DNA of 64,000 nucleotides from a virus: IMG/VR virus record IMGVR_UViG_3300042396_000450, positions 1 to 64,000 of that record; one strand, 5' to 3'. Shown piece by piece: positions 60,355 to 64,000 of this stretch (position 1 is its first letter; each line of letters starts with the position of its first letter). The notes under the pieces were generated by a model. It saw only the letters and a program-made list of their open reading frames with translations, ran no database searches and was not told where the DNA came from. The position numbers and the translations under genes were made by a program.

Positions 60355-60882
60355 TCAATTACCTATTACTTGTACTAAACCGCGATAACTTTGACGTGCA
60401 TCATTAAGTGCATTATGAATTGGTAACTCATTCTCTAATCGCTCATAATAATCAGGTAAATTACGAGCTAATCTAAATGAAGTTACATCTAATAATGGAT
60501 ATGGTGAAAATTCCATTATTGAGTCAAATTCAACCCATGTTTCCAGTGCTAATGTAATGAAGTTAGTTTCAACTGGAAATGGAACATCTGCAAATAACTT
60601 AATGTTAGGATATCTCTTATTTAAATCAATCCAATCATAGATAAAATCCCTAGTTAATTCTTCACTATTAGATTCACCTAGATGTGGTGTTACATTAACT
60701 TCAATCCAATCTACATCTTTTTTCTTACCTACACGTTTAGCATACTTATAATTAGCTTCAGAATACTTGTATATTTCCTCAATTACATTACCATTACTAT
60801 CTCCAATTACAATACCATAACTGAAGGCATCACCATATAAACCCATTGATTCAACATCTAATACCGCAACAATGTAACTCAT
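60355..60882 (-). CDS. DEDDh 3'-5' exonuclease-like protein
   Basis: LDVES ... LLDV ... HNALNDA. Confidence 0.75.
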   Translation of the reverse strand: MSYIVAVLDVESMGLYGDAFSYGIVIGDSNGNVIEEIYKYSEANYKYAKRVGKKKDVDWIEVNVTPHLGESNSEELTRDFIYDWIDLNKRYPNIKLFADVPFPVETNFITLALETWVEFDSIMEFSPYPLLDVTSFRLARNLPDYYERLENELPIHNALNDARQSYRGLVQVIGN

Positions 60883-60884
60883 GT

Positions 60885-61127
60885 TTATTTACCTATGTTA
60901 GCTCTTAATTGTTTACATTGCTTAGTGTAATAGTTATCTGGAAATACACAATCTTCTAATTTAAGATTAACTGTATTAACTCTAACTCGACTAAACGTTA
61001 ATGTAGTAACTACACCTAATATAAATAAGATAACTAATAATAAGTTATTAGGTGTAGTAGGTTTATTAATACTAAGCTTCTTAATAAACTTAAATGTAGA
61101 TTCTAAATCATCATCTATTTTACTCAT
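60885..61127 (-). CDS. small membrane protein
   Basis: Single hydrophobic helix. Confidence 0.5.
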   Translation of the reverse strand: MSKIDDDLESTFKFIKKLSINKPTTPNNLLLVILFILGVVTTLTFSRVRVNTVNLKLEDCVFPDNYYTKQCKQLRANIGK

Positions 61128-61683
61128 ACAAGTCCTCCACTATTTTTCTTACCTTATCACGTAATTCCTCTATTGTACCACTATTATCAATATAATATTG
61201 AGTTGGTACGAATGACCAATCATCTAATTTAATGTCCAGGTCAGTTGATTTAGTTTCACCTCTCCCATCTATGTGAAGTAACACTAACTCATAATCTAGT
61301 AACTTCAATAACTCTAACTCCGTTTGGTTGCGACAATCAACTATAGCTACATTACCTATAATAGAGTTAATGACATTCTTAGTTGCACCAGGAACTAGAT
61401 AGTTACCACCTGGATAGAGTGACTTAAATACATGAAAGAAGTTGTACATTAAATCATTGTAGGTAAATGATTCTAAGTTACCTGTAACTGGATTAACTAC
61501 AGGTTTAACTCTAAACTCCTTATCATCTAAACTACCTCTATCTAAACCTAACCAATCTTCTAATGGTGTTTTAAATGCACGACTAAACTTAACTATAGTT
61601 AGAGGAACTAATTCACTCAGTAGTTCAGCTACTGTATCCTTACCTGCATCAGACTTATCAGACCAAACTATAAATAACTTCAT
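61120..61683 (-). CDS. deoxynucleoside monophosphate kinase
   Basis: SDAGKDTVA, KFSRAFK, DCRNQTE, IDNSGTIEEL. Confidence 0.75.
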   Translation of the reverse strand: MKLFIVWSDKSDAGKDTVAELLSELVPLTIVKFSRAFKTPLEDWLGLDRGSLDDKEFRVKPVVNPVTGNLESFTYNDLMYNFFHVFKSLYPGGNYLVPGATKNVINSIIGNVAIVDCRNQTELELLKLLDYELVLLHIDGRGETKSTDLDIKLDDWSFVPTQYYIDNSGTIEELRDKVRKIVEDLYE

Positions 61684-61684
61684 T

Positions 61685-62770
61685 ATGCCAACTTTATTAG
61701 GACGTATTTTAATTAATCGTCAATTACCAAGCAAAGGTCAATTACTACAGGCTACAGCAAACAGAGCTAAATCTTTCATTAAAAATCCAATTAATACATT
61801 AAAAGAGGGATTAAATACTCATAAAACTGCTAATAATATCGCAAATAATCAAAGCACTATTATTGGTAGAACTTTAATCAATCGTCAATTACCCGGTAAA
61901 CGTGAGATACTTCAATCTGCGGGTAATGCAATTAAATCCGTTGTTAAAAATCCAATTCAAGCAGTTAAATCTGGATTAGCTAGAGATAAATTAGCTGTTC
62001 AAAAATGGGGATATCATACTGGACAAACTCGCGGACAAACAGCTATTAACCTTGGTAAACATATAGCTAGTGGAGTTTATAAAGGTGGAGGTAAGGATAT
62101 GCTAGTTAATACTGGTGGATTAATTGGCAGTATTAAGGGTGCAGCAATCGGCGGTAAAATAGGTTCACTAGCTGGAGATTGGGCTGGTGCAGCTACAGCA
62201 CGTAAAGGGTTAGACGATCTTGAAGCTACTCGTAACGCATTTAAGATTCGCAATAACCCTAACTTTCAGAAACAACCACTTAACGTTAAAGCTCGCATAC
62301 TAGCTAAACGCGCATCTGGTTATGCTAAGGCGAATAAGAAGGGATTTAATAGCGAACTTAAACAAGATACTATTGGTTGGGGTATTGGTAATAGTACTGC
62401 TGGTGCACTAGCTAATGTTGCACCAGCAGTACCATTTAAAGGTGCAGCAGTAGCAATGAAAACAACTAAACCTGTATATAAGGGTTTTCGTGTTGCTAAG
62501 AGAATAGCTACTACTAATACACCTAAGATTGGTAGAGTTAAAGCTCTACGTACTGGCATTACTAAGGGTGCTACATCTACTGGTAGAACTCTTCGACGTA
62601 ATCTAAATCCTGCTAGAGCAGTTAAAACAGGACTTAATAGAGAGAAGACTATGTATAACAGTGTTAATAATAGTCTATCTAAATTACCTCGTGTTCCAGC
62701 AGGAGTTAGTTTCAATAACTCTTATTTATTATGTGACTTTAATGTATCTACTATTAAATATAGGAGATAG
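61685..62770 (+). CDS. very basic glycine-rich protein, probable distant member of the internal-protein family
   Basis: Duplicated GR.LINRQLP.K...LQ...N..KS..KNPI, GxxxG runs, C-terminal SFNNSYLLCDF. Confidence 0.55.
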   Translation: MPTLLGRILINRQLPSKGQLLQATANRAKSFIKNPINTLKEGLNTHKTANNIANNQSTIIGRTLINRQLPGKREILQSAGNAIKSVVKNPIQAVKSGLARDKLAVQKWGYHTGQTRGQTAINLGKHIASGVYKGGGKDMLVNTGGLIGSIKGAAIGGKIGSLAGDWAGAATARKGLDDLEATRNAFKIRNNPNFQKQPLNVKARILAKRASGYAKANKKGFNSELKQDTIGWGIGNSTAGALANVAPAVPFKGAAVAMKTTKPVYKGFRVAKRIATTNTPKIGRVKALRTGITKGATSTGRTLRRNLNPARAVKTGLNREKTMYNSVNNSLSKLPRVPAGVSFNNSYLLCDFNVSTIKYRR

Positions 62771-62852
62771 ATGATGATAGGTGCTGCAATTAAAAACGTT
62801 AATATTACTGCAACACTATCACTACCTGGAATGTCATTAAAAAATAACTCAA

Positions 62853-63038
62853 TTAGTTGTCGTCGCATGGGAACACATCCTTACAATAAGTCCAATTAAG
62901 TACATTTTGTTCAATAACTTCTAAATCAGAGTCTATCCATCTGTAATCTATATATTTAGCTAATAGATATATTTTCTTACCGCTTTCATATTCTATTTGA
63001 ACTAAACATTCATCAGTTGTATCAGGTAACTTATTCAT
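62853..63038 (-). CDS. small hypothetical protein
   Basis: Coupled to the HD gene. Confidence 0.5.
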   Translation of the reverse strand: MNKLPDTTDECLVQIEYESGKKIYLLAKYIDYRWIDSDLEVIEQNVLNWTYCKDVFPCDDN

Positions 63039-63624
63039 CTTGCACTAATCCTCTCTTAATTCCTTCAGTAATACAATACTCAGTTATATAGCTGTATTCA
63101 GGTAACATCTCATCAATGTACACAGCTATCTTATTTCTAATTGATGAAGCACTAACTTGTTTCCACATCGGTGGAGCAGTACCATTAACTAGATGAGAAT
63201 AGACCAGCATACTACCAGCTAATTTATCAATAGCTTTAGCATACTTAGCTTCAATAGTTAACTGGTTCTTAAATTCATACCATAGATTAGAATACTCAGC
63301 TATGAGAGATGATTCAAGGTAAGAAAAAAGGTTGAGTGCCGCCAATTCCTCTTGAGTATCGTGTTCATCAGTATGGTCATCAAAGTTTACATCACCCGCA
63401 TTTATTTCACCTAGATCGTGTACTAGACATAACTTAATGATGTGCAGTAGTTGATCATTAGTTACTCGGTCATCTAGCATAGTTACACACATCATAACCA
63501 TAGTAAACGTATGTTCAGCTACATTCTCACGTCTACTACCAGTTACATTCATTATCTGACGTACTGTATCTACTGATGCGGCGGATTTGAGGATGAAGTC
63601 AATTGTCATAAGTTCCTTTAACAT
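63031..63624 (-). CDS. HD-domain phosphohydrolase (YfbR-like)
   Basis: RRENVAEHTF, LVHDLGE, AKAIDKL. Confidence 0.85.
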   Translation of the reverse strand: MLKELMTIDFILKSAASVDTVRQIMNVTGSRRENVAEHTFTMVMMCVTMLDDRVTNDQLLHIIKLCLVHDLGEINAGDVNFDDHTDEHDTQEELAALNLFSYLESSLIAEYSNLWYEFKNQLTIEAKYAKAIDKLAGSMLVYSHLVNGTAPPMWKQVSASSIRNKIAVYIDEMLPEYSYITEYCITEGIKRGLVQDE

Positions 63625-63710
63625 TACTTGTTATTTCTAACTATTTATGTTTATAATGAAAAAGACAGCGAGTAAACTGTCTTATCATTTATATATTGAG
63701 TTGATTAACT

Positions 63711-64000
63711 ATGGACATTGTAACACCTGTTAAGTCTGATAATGGAATTACCTTTTATATTTCCAATGATGGTAAACAAACAGGAATTAGCATATCAGGA
63801 TTAGAACGGTTACTAGGGTTAAGTGAAAAGGGGAGTTTATTTTCTGGTAAGAATAAATTAATGGAAGATTGTCAAAATGGGACTCCCCGCGAAACAATAC
63901 CAGAATCTCTACAACCTATATGGGGTAAGGTTTTCAACACCTCCGCGCTAGGATCTGATAATGCAATGATTATCACTGAAGAAGCTGCTGTAACAATTAT
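63711..64000 (+). CDS. antirepressor-like protein (paralog 3 of 3), 3'-truncated by window
   Basis: MDIVTPVKSDNGITFYISNDGKQTGISISGLERLLG...ESLQPIWGKVFN...IITEEAAVTII. Confidence 0.65.
   Translation, partial: MDIVTPVKSDNGITFYISNDGKQTGISISGLERLLGLSEKGSLFSGKNKLMEDCQNGTPRETIPESLQPIWGKVFNTSALGSDNAMIITEEAAVTI

Larger units (their letters stand above)
591..63329. repeat. dispersed 11-bp motif GTAAGAAAAAA / TTTTTTCTTAC
   Basis: At least 24 exact copies counted by eye; positions given in findings. Confidence 0.85.

Noticed and set aside
7509-62715. Antisense or alternate-frame ORFs in the track (e.g. 7509, 8738, 16604, 21873, 32297, 36449, 62320)
   Set aside because: They are shadows of well-supported genes, with no recognisable motifs.
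591-63329. Explaining the 11-mer as a by-product of poly-Lys coding
   Set aside because: It also occurs intergenically and as FFLT/LFSY/VRK in other frames and strands, so Lys runs explain only part.
42681-63624. MazG plus HD hydrolase as a 2-aminoadenine (Z-genome) pathway
   Set aside because: No PurZ/PurA-like gene in this window and the two genes are not clustered. Cannot be excluded for the rest of the genome.
1-64000. Alternative genetic code or stop-codon reassignment
   Set aside because: Long genes read intact in code 11, and TAA, TAG and TGA all end genes with tight coupling.
1-64000. CRISPR array, retron or diversity-generating retroelement
   Set aside because: No regular repeat-spacer array, no reverse transcriptase and no TR/VR pair seen.

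Overview
AT-rich segment of a large tailed dsDNA phage. It looks siphovirus-like: tail tube, frameshifted tail chaperone, 2141-aa tape measure, no sheath seen. A freshwater cyanobacterial host is an inference from gene families only. The window holds TerL, a MuF-like head protein, prohead protease, scaffold, decoration protein, major capsid protein (MCP), head-tail and tail genes, a displaced portal, tRNA-Pro(UGG), a ClpP/MazG/Dps trio and a nucleotide-metabolism cluster. Four things stand out. (1) About 18 basic, glycine-zipper proteins are built from shared modules: a leader ending in [AS][DENT][FY], an RxxGSKDKKKRK motif and a VKSYxRxGKLV motif. The leader also recurs in the protease, scaffold and MuF protein. 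I infer a protease-processed, virion-packaged cargo system, with ADP-ribosyltransferase-like and lipase-like payloads. (2) The 11-mer GTAAGAAAAAA occurs exactly at least 24 times, on both strands and in several reading frames, about every 2-3 kb. (3) A 265-nt group I intron splits the MCP gene, with a free-standing GIY-YIG endonuclease just downstream under hairpin translational control. (4) Several smaller oddities are listed separately. All family assignments come from motif recognition by eye; no database searches were run.
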